From the NCBI RefSeq assembly GCF_032062105.1, contig NW_026922597.1, positions 62,001 through 126,000 on the forward strand: a stretch of DNA of 64,000 bases, in the 5' to 3' direction. Source of the DNA: Saccostrea cucullata. Its lineage: Eukaryota. The position numbers were made by a program, and so were the translations under genes. This document shows, one piece after another, positions 1 to 13,952 of the stretch. Each line of letters opens with the position of its first letter. Positions within the stretch are counted from its first letter, which is position 1. The notes below the pieces were generated by a model. That model had not been told where the DNA came from. It did not search any database and worked only from the letters and a program-made list of their open reading frames with translations.

Positions 1-1980
1 TTTTGAAAGTTTATCTTCACGCAAAATTTCACAGATCCTTAAGTGCAGTCATCCTTTCTATGAAATGCACACAGGGAAAGAAAAAAATATATATTACTTC
101 ATGTACCTCTTTTATTTTCTTAAGGCTATTTATTTTTTTTTACATCAATTTTCAAAACTATATAATTTTCTTACAGTCTGCATGCTTTTTTGAAACTGCG
201 TTTGAGAAAATTTTTTTAGATTTTATTAAATCTGCAATAGAGTTTGTTTCACACTTCTGTTTGTCGAAAGGAAAAGGAGTCAAAAGAGGAATGTTTTACC
301 TGGACCCAATAACACAACATACATGTAGCCCTAAAACAGAGTTCTATGGCCCGGTGTAGTTATTGCCCTATGCCCCCAAGGGAGCGAACAGGAATGCGTC
401 AAGTAAGTCAATTAAGTTGTCTAAAAGATACCATTCAAGCCTTTTTAAATATGCCTCTCATATGCTATAAAATTGGAATTTCTGTCATCTTTTTCGTGTG
501 TGTGAGTGATGATAAGTGGGCTGTGCCTTTAATTGTACAGAGACTTAAATGGCGGTGTGCAAGTGTTAATACAGGTAACTTCAAAATAATTTAGAATGAA
601 AATACTGCTGGCAATATCAACGATACCTCATTTTTCATTTATGTTTATCCAGGCCATTTAAACAGACTCTTTAATAAATATAATTGGCCTTAATTGTTTC
701 AAAAACTCAGCTTTTTAAAACTTTGTTATACAAAATTACTTTTGTTGGGCTGATCAATCCCTGTGACACATTTAAATCCATTAGTTATCATAGACGTGTG
801 TCATGTTTGCCTCCCGTGTTCCAAGACGCAAATTGTCCTTACAAAAAATAATTGCGATGAGATTTAGCTTAGTTGACAGATATTTCTGATATGGCAATCT
901 TTATCTGTACTTTTGAGTAAATCTTTTTAATCTGATAAAATTAATACAAGTGAAGCTCTAGATCTTCTGCAGTTGCATTGATATCAGGACAACATATCAT
1001 GTCAATCGCCGTTTTTGCAAATATCGGTCAACAAAAGAAGTGAAACTTCGTCGGATAAAAAAATTTAAATATTTTCCCGTAAGGTATTGAAAAATAATAA
1101 TTTGGTGTAGATAAATAAATGAATAAACCGCTACTAAATATCACTGTGGTTATTCTAGACGCCTTCAATGAAACAACGTCTGCAGAGTACCGGTATCTGC
1201 TCATCCAGTATCAGTATGAATCTTGTCACTTTTCACGTTTAAAGAACTTTGTAAGGATAACTCAGAAATTAATTATTTTAAAAAGTTAAACTTGTCCTCA
1301 TCATCTCTAATGATGTCAATTTTATCGACGAAACTATGAATTCTGCTAAATATTGACAATTAAAAGATATTATCTATTTTATTGAAGTAGACTGTTTTGC
1401 ATTACGTCACATATCCTTTTTTGCCATATGTGCTCAAAGTAAATATTACGCAAGCTTTATGTTTCTTTTTTTCTATTATAGTCTGTTGCACGTGCAACAA
1501 ATCTGGGAAAAGGAGAAATTACCAATCTGCGGTTAAAGTAGGTTTTGGCGTAATGCAAAAGGCACACTTCACTGGAAATGATAATAATTAGCCTCAGTCG
1601 TAGGAATTTGTAGCCGTTTTGTTTACCAAGAAACAATGTCTGTGAAGTACAAAAAATGGTTTGAAAAAGATTACAGAGTGGATCAAAGATTTCTTTTTTT
1701 TTCTGAGTATCATTTAAAGTCTCAGAGATTTGACTGGAAATGAACGCATCCCTTCGATGTTATGACCCAATAGTCTTATAAAGCGACTGTTTTTATTAGT
1801 ATTTTAATAAATATGTGTGTCTTCCTTCTATTTTATGCCTGAATGCTGAAAAAGCTTCAGAAGTCGATAGACAGTGCTATTCTTTAAACATGTGCAAGGA
1901 CAATAAGGTTACACGTAAGAGTATATGCAACAAAAAGTCTCAGTTGCACTTATTACTTCCAGGTTTTTTTTTTATTTTTC

Positions 1981-2260
1981 TTTTTATGCCCCTGTAATCG
2001 AAGATTCGGCGCTCTATAGTTTTTGCCCTGGCTGTCCATCTGTCTGTCTGTTTGTCCGTCTGTCTGTGCGCAAACATATCTTTTTAGTTGGCCGGTATGT
2101 CTATAGCTTTCCTATTTCACAGGTGTATTCTATGTGACAAGACCTGTCTTTGGGTATTATCTTCCACTTTAAAAATATTTTTAAAAGACTAATTTTACTT
2201 TAACATTTTACACTGGAGGATGCTTCGTGGTAAGTTTTGGCAACCACATGCAGAAAATAC
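1981..2260 (+). mobile_element. Degenerate Helentron-type (HINE/pearl-like) non-autonomous element fragment
   Basis: Starts in a T-run (tttttatgcccc...), followed by a (ctgt/ccgt)n microsatellite; similar to 15900-16350 and, inverted, 29455-29770. Boundaries approximate. Confidence 0.5.
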
Positions 2261-2320
2261 CCGTTATACGGGTAAACCATTTCGGAAGAAAATTTACTTG
2301 CATATAACACATTTTAATTA

Positions 2321-2834
2321 GGGCCGGTACACACGTTAAGGCTTGCCTTATAAGTAAAAAAACTTACGTTTTGCAGGACGTAAGGCTCTCATGCCCACAC
2401 GCTAAGGCAAGACTTACAATATTATAAACAACATTTACATAAAATCAATGTGTTTTCAAACCATAAACATCGTGCGTTATTAAAAGGAATAATAGATTGC
2501 TAGCTAGGACTTTGAAATTGTTTTACCTTAACAAAGAAGAGGAGGTTAACTGAAGTTTTTGCGGATTTTTCATTATCTTTTTTGAAAATACTTTGTGTTT
2601 TCTTCAATATACCAACGTGTATGGTTTTATAAAAATAGATTGAACTTTGGATAAATGGTTTTCATTGGTTAAGAAAAAATGTCAGCTAAGTCTTGTATTA
2701 AGAAATAGAGCAGTGTTCTATTCCAATGTCAGACTTGTAAGGCTCCAAAAACATGTATTAAGGGTGTACACACGGTAAGGCTAGAACTTAAGTTACAAGA
2801 CTTATAAGGCAAACCTTACCGTGTGTACCGGCCC
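2321..2834. mobile_element. PIF/Harbinger-type MITE
   Basis: TIR gggccggtacacacgttaagg...ccttaccgtgtgtaccggccc, flanked by TTA/TAA; internal repeats of cacacg.taaggc. Confidence 0.85.
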
Positions 2835-3111
2835 TAAGATATTACCTAATAAGCAACTAGACAATTGAAGCAATAATCACAAGAAATATGGGTTATGTAG
2901 CTAGTGATAATAGTTTCTAACTATTTTTATATGTCATTGTGGGTATCCAATCATTATTTTAGTACTTGCAGTAAAGAAAAAAAACCACATGATCTAAAAG
3001 AATTCCAGCTAATAAACACCTTTAAATCTTTATATTCAATAATACACTGTTTCAAAAATTTATTTGTAAATTTTATGGAGAAAAAATTAAGATATTTCTT
3101 TTTTCAACTTT

Positions 3112-3655
3112 TGGTTACGGACACTACACACTTTACAAGTTATTTACAATAGGATGAAACTTAACCATAAATAGAGGAATTTCAACAAGATTTTCTTAAA
3201 TATAACACCATTTGGAAAAAATAATGACATGCTATTTGACTTAAATCCTTGGATGTCAATAGCATCTGCCAATATCAAGGTGATGTAACACCAAGGATCT
3301 TGCAAATGAAAATGGTGCAATCTGGGTTTCCCAAATTAGTTGCAATATCAAAATGAGGGAGAAAAATAAAGTACATTGACTAACTTGTTAAACAAACTTC
3401 TGACCCTTGTGAATATATTTGCATTAGTGTTTTAACACTGCCTGTTTCAAACTGCCTCAAATCCAGGTTACGGACACTACAGGGTTTTGTAGTGTCCGTA
3501 ACCACATTTGTAATGATAACAGACAAACAGTGGTGATGATCAGGAAAATTACAACACATCTCAGCATCTATATGAGAAGCCTATCTAGGAAATTAGTTAA
3601 GATATTTATAGAGCTTTCCAATTTCACAGCATGAAAGTGGTTACGGACACTACAG
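3112..3655. repeat. Repeated 16-bp motif ggttacggacactaca, probably transposon subterminal repeats
   Basis: Direct copies near 3113, 3466 and 3639, plus an inverted copy at 3488-3503 forming a 16-bp-arm hairpin with 3466-3481. Confidence 0.7.
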
Positions 3656-4191
3656 TGTTTTGTAAAAACTTAATTTTCTACATTAAAACATGATAAAATT
3701 TCATTTCAGTTGTTACATTGACCCAACTTTTTTCTGTAAGTAACAGAGCATTAATACGGTGATTTTAGACAGAAATCTGAGAAAATAAATGATATGGACA
3801 TTATTTTTATTTGGCATAATGAGAGATGGTGAAATTATGTTAAAAATGTATAACATTGCACCCCTATTACATTTTCTTTCATATCTTCACAAGTTGTTAG
3901 TCAATCCTGAAAATTCAAGCACCAAAATAATTTGTAAAATAAATTCTAAAGTCTGATAATGATCATTGGCATAAAAATTTATGATATATAACAATTATTT
4001 CAATTGAAAAATGGTGTAATTTCAAAGTGCAACCGCATAACGCTAAAAAAGGTCATTTTTGGAGTATATTTATTGCATATACTTTAATTCTGTTAAGGCT
4101 ATATCAACAAAATTTTGCATACAAGTCCTTTATAAGTATGCCTATAAATGAATTATGATAAATTACATGTAAAGAAATTAACATTTCTAAA

Positions 4192-5298
4192 ACAGGTCTG
4201 GACGATTTCTAAATAAGGAAGTCAAGAACGATAACTGTGAATTGCTATTAATACACGGAATAAACAAGGCAATAATTCTTCTGACCAATCAGATAACAGC
4301 ATTTAGATAAACCCATGAGAAAATAAATTAAACACGTGTTTAAACAAGTTTTTTGCTCAAAAGATTTTTTTAAAACAAACTTTTTGTAAACTTTATGCGC
4401 ATTTGGGAATATTATATTATTTATGACAATTCTACCGTGAACAAACACGACTTGAAAGCTTAGAATACGTTTAAAGAGGGATAAAAAATCTGTCTTTAGG
4501 AGGTAGAAATCACAAAAGTTTAACTTACGTGAAACATTTGATATAAATACGGTAAATTTTCAGTTTTTAGATTCTGACATAAAAATCTTATCGAAAAGAT
4601 ATCAGTCTTAAGTTTATCATTTTTGAATGTTTATTACAGAATAGTCCATGCAGTTTCTGATATGCGAGGTAAGATATTGGGATAAAACGCATTCATGTGT
4701 AATTACAGGATTCTCTTTTCTCCACGTTATACGCCTTTCCTTATGCCCATTTAAAGTCTGCATTTCCGGCACTCATGAAACCCGTGATAATTTAAAACTA
4801 TATGTGTATAGTCCATACGATAAACACCTGTGTGAGTTGATCTATACACTTTGAATTTAAGCATTATCGATGAAAATCGGACGGATAAGCAAAATTATAT
4901 TTACCATCATATAATATATTCTGGTAAAGGTTATAATTGAATTTGATAAAAAATTGTTGGTGCGATCTATACCTCTGTAAACGATTACATTCTATCGTGC
5001 ATTTTTTTTTCTTTACCAAGATAAAAATGTCAAGGTTGTTCACGGTAAAAATGTGGGGAATACCTTATTCTTCAAAAGTTTTCATCTTACTTCTGCAGAT
5101 TTTTTGTTAAAAAAATCTTTTTGAGGAAAAAAACAAAAACACGTGTTGTCCTTTTCTTCTTTTAAAATGTGTTTTGAGGTGTGTGAAAATGCAGTTGTCT
5201 GATTGGACAGAAAAATAATTACGTGTACTTGATGTACATTTATAGCAACTTTCGGTTATCGTTCTTGACTTCCATATTTAGAAATCGTCCAGAGCTGT
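4192..5298. mobile_element. Non-autonomous DNA transposon with ~110-bp imperfect TIRs
   Basis: acaggtctggacgatttctaaataaggaagtcaagaacgataac at 4192 is inverted at 5255-5298; a third copy of this terminus lies at ~38895-39003. No clear TSD. Confidence 0.75.
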
Positions 5299-5615
5299 AC
5301 AAAGCATGTATAACAACGTAGTATTCTTAATGCGCCCTATATTGTGTTTCAACCGAAGATATAGAAAATTATACCTTAATTATACACTCCATATTAATTC
5401 TCTTTTCAGCCACACCTATGAATTAAAAAAAAATCTATCAGAAAAATGTTCTTGACATACAATTTTACATTTGAAAAGTCATGTTTTACCATCAAACACG
5501 TATTGCGTGCTGAAAAGAATGTGATCTAATTAATACTTAGATGTTCGCTTATGTTTTGGCTATTTTAACTGTCATTAATTACCTATCATATAGTTTGTCT
5601 GTGTAATTATGCAAC

Positions 5616-5797
5616 TACTGTAAATCACTTTATATTCGCAAGAACTTTATCTTCGCGTAGTTAAGCGAGACAGTTTGCTCGCGAAATTTAATTCTGGCAC
5701 ATAATAGTATTCCTAAGGATTATATAGAGCAATTACCACAATTCGTTAAGTTTTTGTCTGGCTCTAACTTGTTGCGAAAATTTAGTGATTTACAGTA
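5616..5797. mobile_element. MITE with tactgtaaatcac...gtgatttacagta termini (Tc1/mariner-like TA ends), copy 1
   Basis: TIRs present; homologous copies at 15481-15692 and 52193-52417. Confidence 0.8.
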
Positions 5798-5814
5798 ATT
5801 ACCTGATACAGAGT

Positions 5815-8038
5815 AACCTGTCAGATTACGTCTTCTCTCTCTGTGTATCTGTATACACATATTCTGCTATGTAACGATCCTACCGAAAGAAAATGAGTTT
5901 TGTCATCATAACTCAAGCTCCATGGTGTGTATACTACCTGTTCCCCTGTCAATATCAGTGACAAAAAGTGACTATCATTGTCAATAATCTGTACGAGTTG
6001 GTGTAAACATCACGAACCAAAATGTGTGACATTATGTCTGTACAGATTCCTAATGGTATCAGTCCTGATCCTGATGGAGGTCCTGTGTAGGAAAACCGAT
6101 GTCTACCACCACGCTCTGTCACCACTACACGGTCAACATCAGTTATAGAATTATTCATAGAATATTAGGTACTAATAAGAACCTATATATCTGTCAAAAA
6201 TCAAAAATTCACCACTTTGTTCAATATGTAATTTAGAACCAGAATCAATCAAGCATTTATTTTTCTGCTGTCCACAAGTTTCTGTGATTTGGTTAGCATT
6301 GTCAGATTGGATATTTCAAAAGTCTGGTACAAGAATTGTATTTGATGTCAAAACTGTTATTTTTGGTAATTTGGAAGAAAATCATATGGCAATTAATTTG
6401 ATTATCCTACTAGTGAAGAAATACTTATTTCAACAATCAAGAAAGAACAATAATATTGTTTTTAATGAAATCTTAAAATATTTAAATAATTACTATTGTT
6501 TAGAAGAAAAATTGTCAGGAAATATATTTTACAAAAATAGATGGTCCAAGTGGAAATGTCTTTTTAATGTGTCTAATAGTAACTCTTAGAATAATTACTG
6601 ATTGAATATGCGTTGCATATTGCGTAAGTTTATGTTTATGTATATTATACGTATATTGAAGTGTATCTATCCTTATGTATGTGTGTATTTGTATTTTTCC
6701 AACAGGTATAAGAGTGGCAGAGAGAGGTGTATATGTCTTGCAATTATTTAAATAAAAAAAAAAAATAATAATAATAAAATAAATTGCTTCTGTTTGTCAA
6801 TAGTGATGCAATGATCTAAATACGAAGTATAAAAATACCTCTGGGTATTACGTAACGGAAGTAAACATGCTAAGTGTATAATTATAATTGACAATTGTGC
6901 CTCTTTAAAATTGTGAATTTCATGGCTTTTGATACAGATTCCTTTTGCCTTCAGTTTTGGTCTTAATGGAGGACCTACGTAGGAGAACCGATGTCTACCT
7001 CCATGATTTGTCACAATTACACGGTCAATATCAGACACAATAACATCTCCATTACGGTTCTCTGTGATACATCCAGGTCTGCGATACAGTCTGTTGTACA
7101 CTGTCTGTATGGGCTGTTCCGTGTCGTTATACCTTGTTACCATGGTTATTTCTATAGGATCATCTCTATATATTTTACCGTGACAGATCTAACATGGGGC
7201 TAGACAACAATGTATGTACATGAGATCATTTTTTGAATTTTTCTCCTACAGTCTCTACGATTTGCACTTCATTTAATAACATTATTACATCGTCCATGTT
7301 GATTTCTTTAGTCAAGGAGAGCAAGATATGTTGTGAAAGAGTTGGAATACCCTTTATCTTAAAGACAAGGGTTTTCTTCAGAAATAAGAGAAATTTTACT
7401 GGCATTTTTCCTAATTGTTCAAATCTATGTTCATAGTTCCCTATGCTTGCAAGGTGTCTGTTCATTTTTTTATTTTGTTGATTTAATCTGTACATCATAA
7501 AAGATTTCTGCTGGGTTTTAAAATCACATATCATGGTGTCAATAAGGCTCTTTAGTCTCTGGGATTTCATCAACATATCTGAGTGCTTGCCAGAGACTAT
7601 AACAGGACACGTTTTTATCTCAAATTTGATTTCTGCCAGAAGAAAGCAGCTCTTATAGAGAATATCACTTCTAATGTTATGAATGATTTCTCTCTTCTGT
7701 TGACGGTTTGTTTTATACAAGGACCTGAATTTGATATCCATTCTGCTGTGTTTTCTGTGTTCTTTACATTGAAAACATACAGGAAGTTCACATGATTTAC
7801 AGAACATTTCGTATATTTTATCTGGGTGTCTCACACAGGTCTCTTGTTTTGGGATATATTCATACTTCTCGCGGTAAATCACAACGTCATGGTAGATGGT
7901 ATTTAAATCAATAACATGTCTATCTTTACACTGTAGACACAGGCCATTTTTACACGTGTTACAGTAGAATTCTGTGTCCCCCTGACATAAAAAACACTGT
8001 CGTACTTTACACTGGGTGCTGAATCCTAGCACGTCCAT
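5815..8038 (-). pseudogene. Disrupted RING-less B-box/coiled-coil/NHL-like (TRIM-like) gene, paralog of 35689-37536
   Basis: ORF 8038-7226 encodes two B-boxes (CFLCQGDTEFYCNTCKNGLCLQC; CVRHPDKIYEMFCKSCELPVCFQC..H..H) and a coiled coil highly similar to the + strand copy, then stops early. Propeller remnants lie at ~7160-6930 and ~6145-5815 with frameshifts, separated by a LINE fragment. Confidence 0.85.
6146..6780 (+). mobile_element. 5'-truncated L1/Tx1-like LINE 3' end
   Basis: Reads CSICNLEP/ESIKHLFFCCPQV..IW..L..WI...IFG...INLIILLVKKYLF...KW (zf-RVT-like C-terminus, ORF 6284-6589), then a short 3'UTR, AATAAA and an A/(AAT) tail at ~6750-6780. Confidence 0.8.
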
Positions 8039-8359
8039 AATATTGATGGTCTATATACTATAGTACATTTAAGAACACAATCTGCTGAAATATAAAAAAG
8101 AAATTACACACAGTTTTTTTCAGGACGAACGCCTCTTAAAAAAAGAAATAATATTAACAAAATATTACACATGTACATGTAAATATTTATTACCTTATAT
8201 CGATCACAGCATGGATATAGAAGAAAATGAAATAAGCGCCATGCAGTCACCATGGTCACCTATCAAGCGTTATGATATGTTTTGGAACAGATTTTATTGA
8301 GGTTTACATGTACTATATATTATTTATTAGGATTATCAATTTTATATGAAAATACACAC

Positions 8360-8480
8360 ATCTCACCTATCTGCCTCAACTCTTCAAAAAGCTTGCCGTT
8401 TTCAGAGCTGTTGACATTTATTTGTTTACAACGGGGCGTTCGATATTAATTAAAGCGCTCGTATTCAGGCTCTTTTGTGA
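8360..8480 (-). promoter_or_regulatory. Putative promoter and non-coding first exon of the left TRIM-like copy
   Basis: Reverse complement (aatacgagcgctt..tatcgaacgccccgttgtaaacaaa..aaatgtcaacagct...gcagataggtgaga) matches 33959-34085; acceptor tatttcagcag at ~8082-8092 matches 35637-35647. Confidence 0.65.
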
Positions 8481-8904
8481 TATGACTGTACTTGTACACG
8501 TACATTTAATTCAAACTAAGCGTTCAATAAAACGCCAAGATACTGAACGCTAATGTTCTTCAGACTTGAGGGGTTGGATCCAGTAATCAAAAATATTGAG
8601 AGTTTTTGTCAAGTATATTATTTTTTGAGAATCTGCACTAAAATAAAAAAAAAATTGGGATCAGTGTGCTTTTTTTAGTACATAGCAATAAGTATGACCT
8701 TAATTACTTCTTTACTATAATAACTTCTTAAAAATACGAGGGTTTATTTAGAATAATATAACTGTGTCTCAGGACAATCATTCACCACAGTTTCGTTAAA
8801 ACGGATCCGTAGGATATTTATCATTTTAACGATAGAACGTTCTTGATCTATCGAGGGTTGTCTGTGAAGTTCGTGGACTACATTTGATAATTACGGATAA
8901 ACAT

Positions 8905-9072
8905 CAGTGGCAGATCCAGGAATTTTTTTTAAAGGGGGGGGGGGGGCGACCAGTTCGAGGTCAGGATAGGGGCCCCCAGCCACACCAAAAAAAAACAAAC
9001 AAACATTGATTTATCAAATATTATGTATTTTTGGGACTGAAAAGGGGGCTACCCCCTCTAAATCCGCCAGTG
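8905..9072. mobile_element. hAT-like MITE with 8-bp TSD
   Basis: cagtggcagatccag...ctaaatccgccagtg; flanks ataaacat/ataaatat (7/8 match). Confidence 0.75.
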
Positions 9073-9538
9073 ATAAATATATCAAAATATTATTTTAATT
9101 GAATCATTGTTTCATTTGATACACATTTCACAAAATGGCACAAAATAGTTTTATTGTTATCAGATATGAAAAAAAAAAATAGAAATGATGTACCTTACCC
9201 CACGTCAAATGCTCAATACATGTTAATTTTCTCAACACAGTCACCGTTTAACTCATTATATTCTTATGTCGGTTTATAAAACCAGTCATCAAAAATGTGT
9301 ACAATCAATCCAGATTTTATACGTAATACAGTGTATAATATTTAGCACTTCCTGTCTCAGATCCTGCAAATCATCAAACCTTTGTTCGCGTAAAAACGAT
9401 TTATTTACAGAAATACGGCAAAGTCGACGTCATGGAGCAAAATTCATTTTTGAAACACTACAATCTCGGAGTGATGGTCTTATTACACGCATTTTATCCT
9501 GTAAACTTATCCTCCCGTCCGAAAAATTTATATTCCAC

Positions 9539-10489
9539 TTAAGGACGTTCGATCCTGAGATTTTGAGTGGATTTCGGTCGTGTCCTTTATCTATAAAATT
9601 CTTTATCATTTTTAAGTTCTAACATTAAATCTGAATTCTACAATGCAAATTGAACTATAATTAATGAAAAACCGCGATTAAATTCTATTCAAGTAGAATT
9701 AAGCAGAGGACTATATATTTTGTGGCGGAAGGATTTTTAGACGATCAGTTAGATGATCAGTTTTTCCCCATTTGAACTATTACAGTACTTTTAATTTTGG
9801 ATTCCTATTTTTCCATGCTGGTTGCACACAAAGCTGTTTTTTGCTGTGAAATGTGTTATGCTGGTTCTGAATATCTATTAAATAATTTCTTATGAATTCT
9901 TTCAACAAAGTTTGACAAATATAGTAAATATATTCTGAAAATCCGTGGAAAAATTGAGTCAATTTTAACGTAAAATTCACACTTGTTTTAGTAATATCTG
10001 AAAATTTACATCATATACCCCCACTTTTGATGTTATTTTCTAAATATTCAAGATAACTTTGACCTATTTGCTTAAAATCAGAGAAAGTTTAAGACTTTAA
10101 AATAACTTTCTTGCTTACAAAATTTTCAATGCCAGAAAAATCATTTTATTAGTGCAGAAAGGTCAAATAATTGATTATGCGAAGAATTTGAAACTTTTTC
10201 TAAGTAACAATTTTAAAGTGTCTTTTTTTAAAAAAACAGATTCAGAGTTCATTGTGTTTCATGCATTAATTGGATAAAAATATTGGAGAGAAAACGTCCA
10301 CGATGTAATTTTTAATTAGACACAAATTTCAGTGCAAAAAGGTCATATTAAATGTACTGTAGCGCCAAAGGAAGCGTATTGACCCCCATTTTTTGATTTG
10401 AATTTTAATCAAGCTATGTATGTAGAAACTAAAAATATACTTGGCAAAAAAAGTTTAAGACTTTAAATATCAGGATCGAACGTCGTTAA
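9539..10489. mobile_element. TTAA-flanked non-autonomous DNA transposon (Kolobok- or piggyBac-type)
   Basis: ttaa-ggacgttcgatcctgagattt ... aaatatcaggatcgaacgtcg-ttaa. An internal segment recurs inverted at ~10640-10900. Confidence 0.75.
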
Positions 10490-10932
10490 ATACGAAAACG
10501 GCATTTACAGCATTCATATCCGTCTCTTTTGGTGTTTTCCGATGTCAGAATTCTATCACTGCTCTCTATCTGCTCCAATGTCCCCTTTTCGAACAATGCT
10601 GATCCTGTCTGAATAAATTCTTTACATAATTTCTCAGCCATTTCTATACTCTGAAGTTATTTGACCTTTCTGTACTCAAAATGTTATTCTGGAGTTAAAA
10701 TTTCAAAAAGCGATAAAATCATTAAAACATTATCTTATACATGTATATGTAGAAAATGAAATACAAAGTGGGGTTTGTGATGTTAAATTTTAGATACTCA
10801 GTATTACTATAATAACTAAAGATAGTCTTAATTCAAGCTTAAATGAGGCCCTTTTTTCAGGCTTTTCAGTATATATTTGGTTTATGTGCCAAATATGACG
10901 ATGAAATTAATGACAGGTAATTTAATTAATAT

Positions 10933-11120
10933 AAAATGTAAGACCACCATTGAATTATCATTTTGAAAGATGCAGTCTCATAACTGCAATGGTGTGAGCA
11001 AACAAATTGAGTAACACACAAAGTAAATGTATATATTTATAACGCGCGTTACTCAATTTGTTTGCAGTTATGAGACTCCATATTTCAAAAATGTTAATTC
11101 CATGCTTATATTTACATTTT
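10933..11120. repeat. Imperfect palindromic repeat (possibly Crypton-like non-autonomous element)
   Basis: Arm tttgaaagatgcagtctcataactgcaa..aaacaaattgagtaac pairs with gttactcaatttgtttgcagttatgagactccatatttcaaa. Confidence 0.6.
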
Positions 11121-12905
11121 GTATCCCCTGTATTTTGCCGTTATTTTAATTTTTTTATCATATATCCCCGCCTTATCCTTCATGTAAGTTGCAATTGTTA
11201 GAACAGCCTTTGGAACAGCTTTTTCCGGAAAGGAAAATAGTGCATAATGATAACAGATAACAATAATCAAAGTTTTATTTATTTTTTCAATCTAAAATAA
11301 TAAACTATATTTTCGCAACAAATAAATACAAATGGATCGAATAACACATAAATTTTTCGCTCTGTTTAAACAGTAAAGGCGTAGTTCCTGTATTCATACG
11401 GCAGACAAACTTACATTGATTAGGTCTTGTGTGTTATGTGTATATTCATCACTTAATTGTAATTTTATAATACTTTTCATTAGGGTCAAACAAAGTAAAT
11501 GTAAATATATTAGTATTAATTGACAAATTACATTTTCTAGACGATAATCACTCGTGTGTTCCGTTGTAACAGAAATAAGAAATATAAGCCCCGAAATATA
11601 TACACATGACTGTAAAAAGAATCCATTAGAAAACCATCTTCGCTAGCCAAGGGTTTCTGATACGACACTCTCCTCGAAGATGCTAGAAAAACAACAAGTA
11701 AAATATATACATAAATCATTTTTTTTTTAATTTTTCCTTTACTTCACGATTTATCAATATTGTATGAATCATATTTTAAAATCATTTTATCTCTATTCAA
11801 TTTCCATTTATGACTATTTCAAAGTTATATGTTCTGCAGATTGGATACACTATTTTAAGTTTAATTTATCAATCCGTTCTTGTTCTTCATGCATATGATA
11901 TAATATATTATCATTTTGATTTTAATCTATATAAAGACCCATCTGTTTTGTAGATATGTCTCAAGAAAAATTTAGGTTACATATATACTAGTAGTGGCCT
12001 TTACACGTTTTGACTATATATTCTTGGATTTATCATAAATAATTGTGATCAGTTCTTGAGAGGCCATTAAAGAAATTATTAAGATTCCCGACCGTCAGAT
12101 TCTGTGAGAGCAAGAAAACATGATTCCGTGCATTCACACGGAAACTCAGACCTCGAGGGAAAATTGGATTGGTAGGGTAGATAAATTTGTGATTTATTGA
12201 GCATAAACTATCACAATATATCAGTTTCTGTAGGACTTACTGGAGTAAATTAACCAGATATCGGCAGTAAAAATTATATATACTCTTCATTGCAGCACGG
12301 AGGATTGGGCTGCTCTATACATATAAGTAGAGATTGTTCTATCTGACGTATCCGTATCCGTATCGAAATATGAAAGGCATCTCGATCCCGATGTCTCAAC
12401 TATCTAATACAATTTCCGTCTCTGTTTGTGGTTAAATAAGCCACAGTCATGCATTGGAAAATAGCAAATGACAATTTTTCTGTTAAAAATACTAAACTGC
12501 TGTAAACCTCTATCATTTCGTAGAAAAATATTTATTAAAAAAAAGAAAATGAATTCAAATATAAAATATTTTATTTTAATTATTTTGTTTTAAAATTAAA
12601 ATCATTTTGTTTCAAAATTTTTGTAGGAAATCCCCTTTCTCTTTTTCCTCTCGCTTAATATCAGGATATTTTATTGATATATTCTGTATTTTTCATATAC
12701 CTTTACACGGTATAACAGATACCCCCCCCCACACACACACACACTGAAATACAAAAAACGTTATCATCAACGCGATTGATAAAACACTTTAGCCGTTTTT
12801 AAAGAGACTTTTCAAACTGATTTCATAATTCGCCTCAGGACCGTTAAAAGTATTGAGTATATGCATTGGAGAGCCTGTTCAACTCCCTCCTTTCCTCTCC
12901 CCTCA

Positions 12906-13178
12906 CATTGGCGTCAGAAGCAAATTGAAAGTAGGTAGAGGGGGGCTAATTGAAAGAGAAAAAATATAAGCCCTGAAAAATCCTGACATGCAAAAAAAAA
13001 GTACTTAAACACTATTTTGTGTGTGTGTGGGGGGGGGGGGTCGAACTTTTTTCATTGCCATTTTTTAACACTACTACTTACTCTTCTTTGACTGCAATAC
13101 AACATGCCTGTTGAAAGTGGAAAGGGAGCTTATCCTACGCCTGCAGCCCCCCCCCCCCCCCCAGTTCCGGCGTCTGTG
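12906..13178. mobile_element. MITE with 5-bp TSD (hAT5-like)
   Basis: cattggcgtcagaa...ttccggcgtctgtg; TSD cctca/cctca. Confidence 0.75.
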
Positions 13179-13797
13179 CCTCACCATGTGTACACACGAC
13201 ATTTGATAACGTCTTTGACTATCATTCATTAACATCAATTGTGGTTTGATATAAAAACTATTTCAGAATATGGTATTCAATAAACCTCAACTCTTTTTAT
13301 GCTAAGATTAAAATAAATATGGCTCAAAATTTTCAAAATAATACATCTTATTTTGCTAAGTCTACTTGTCCATCGTGCTAATTTTCTTTTTTTTTATCCG
13401 ACTTTCTTTTTCAAAAAATATAAAAAGGCCGAGATCGAGATCAGTGTGCACAATTTATAGAATTGAAGAAAAGGAACTGCTTCAATGTAGCCAAGAAAAA
13501 AATCACGCATTTAAAGAAAAATTACAGTGATGAAATACATGTATCAAAGTTTTTCAGAGCTTGCTTTGTTCACTTTAAACTCGATCAAGTAACTTTCATA
13601 AAAAGAAGTTAATATGCAAATAGAATAGTTTAAGAAAGGAAGATACATCATAACCTAACTTTAATATTTTATTTTTCTCCCCCTTTATCGACAAGTGTTA
13701 AATCAATCGAGTACTACATATACTACATTAATCGCAACACTGTCGGAAATTGTACATATTCAATTCTCAATGCAAGCTCCTTGAAACCCTGGATATG

Positions 13798-13952
13798 CAT
13801 AGGCGTCAGAACCGGGGGAGGGGGGGGGGGTTAAGCCCCCCCCCCTTTCTTGCTAAGACATAATATAGGCATTTAAAAGTGGGGTTTACCTTTTTGTTGG
13901 TTTAGCCCCCCCTTTCAATTAACGCCCCCACTATTTGGCTGCGCCGCCCATG
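13798..13952. mobile_element. MITE with 5-bp TSD (hAT5-like)
   Basis: cataggcgtcagaacc...gcgccgcccatg; flanks atatg/atacg. Confidence 0.65.
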
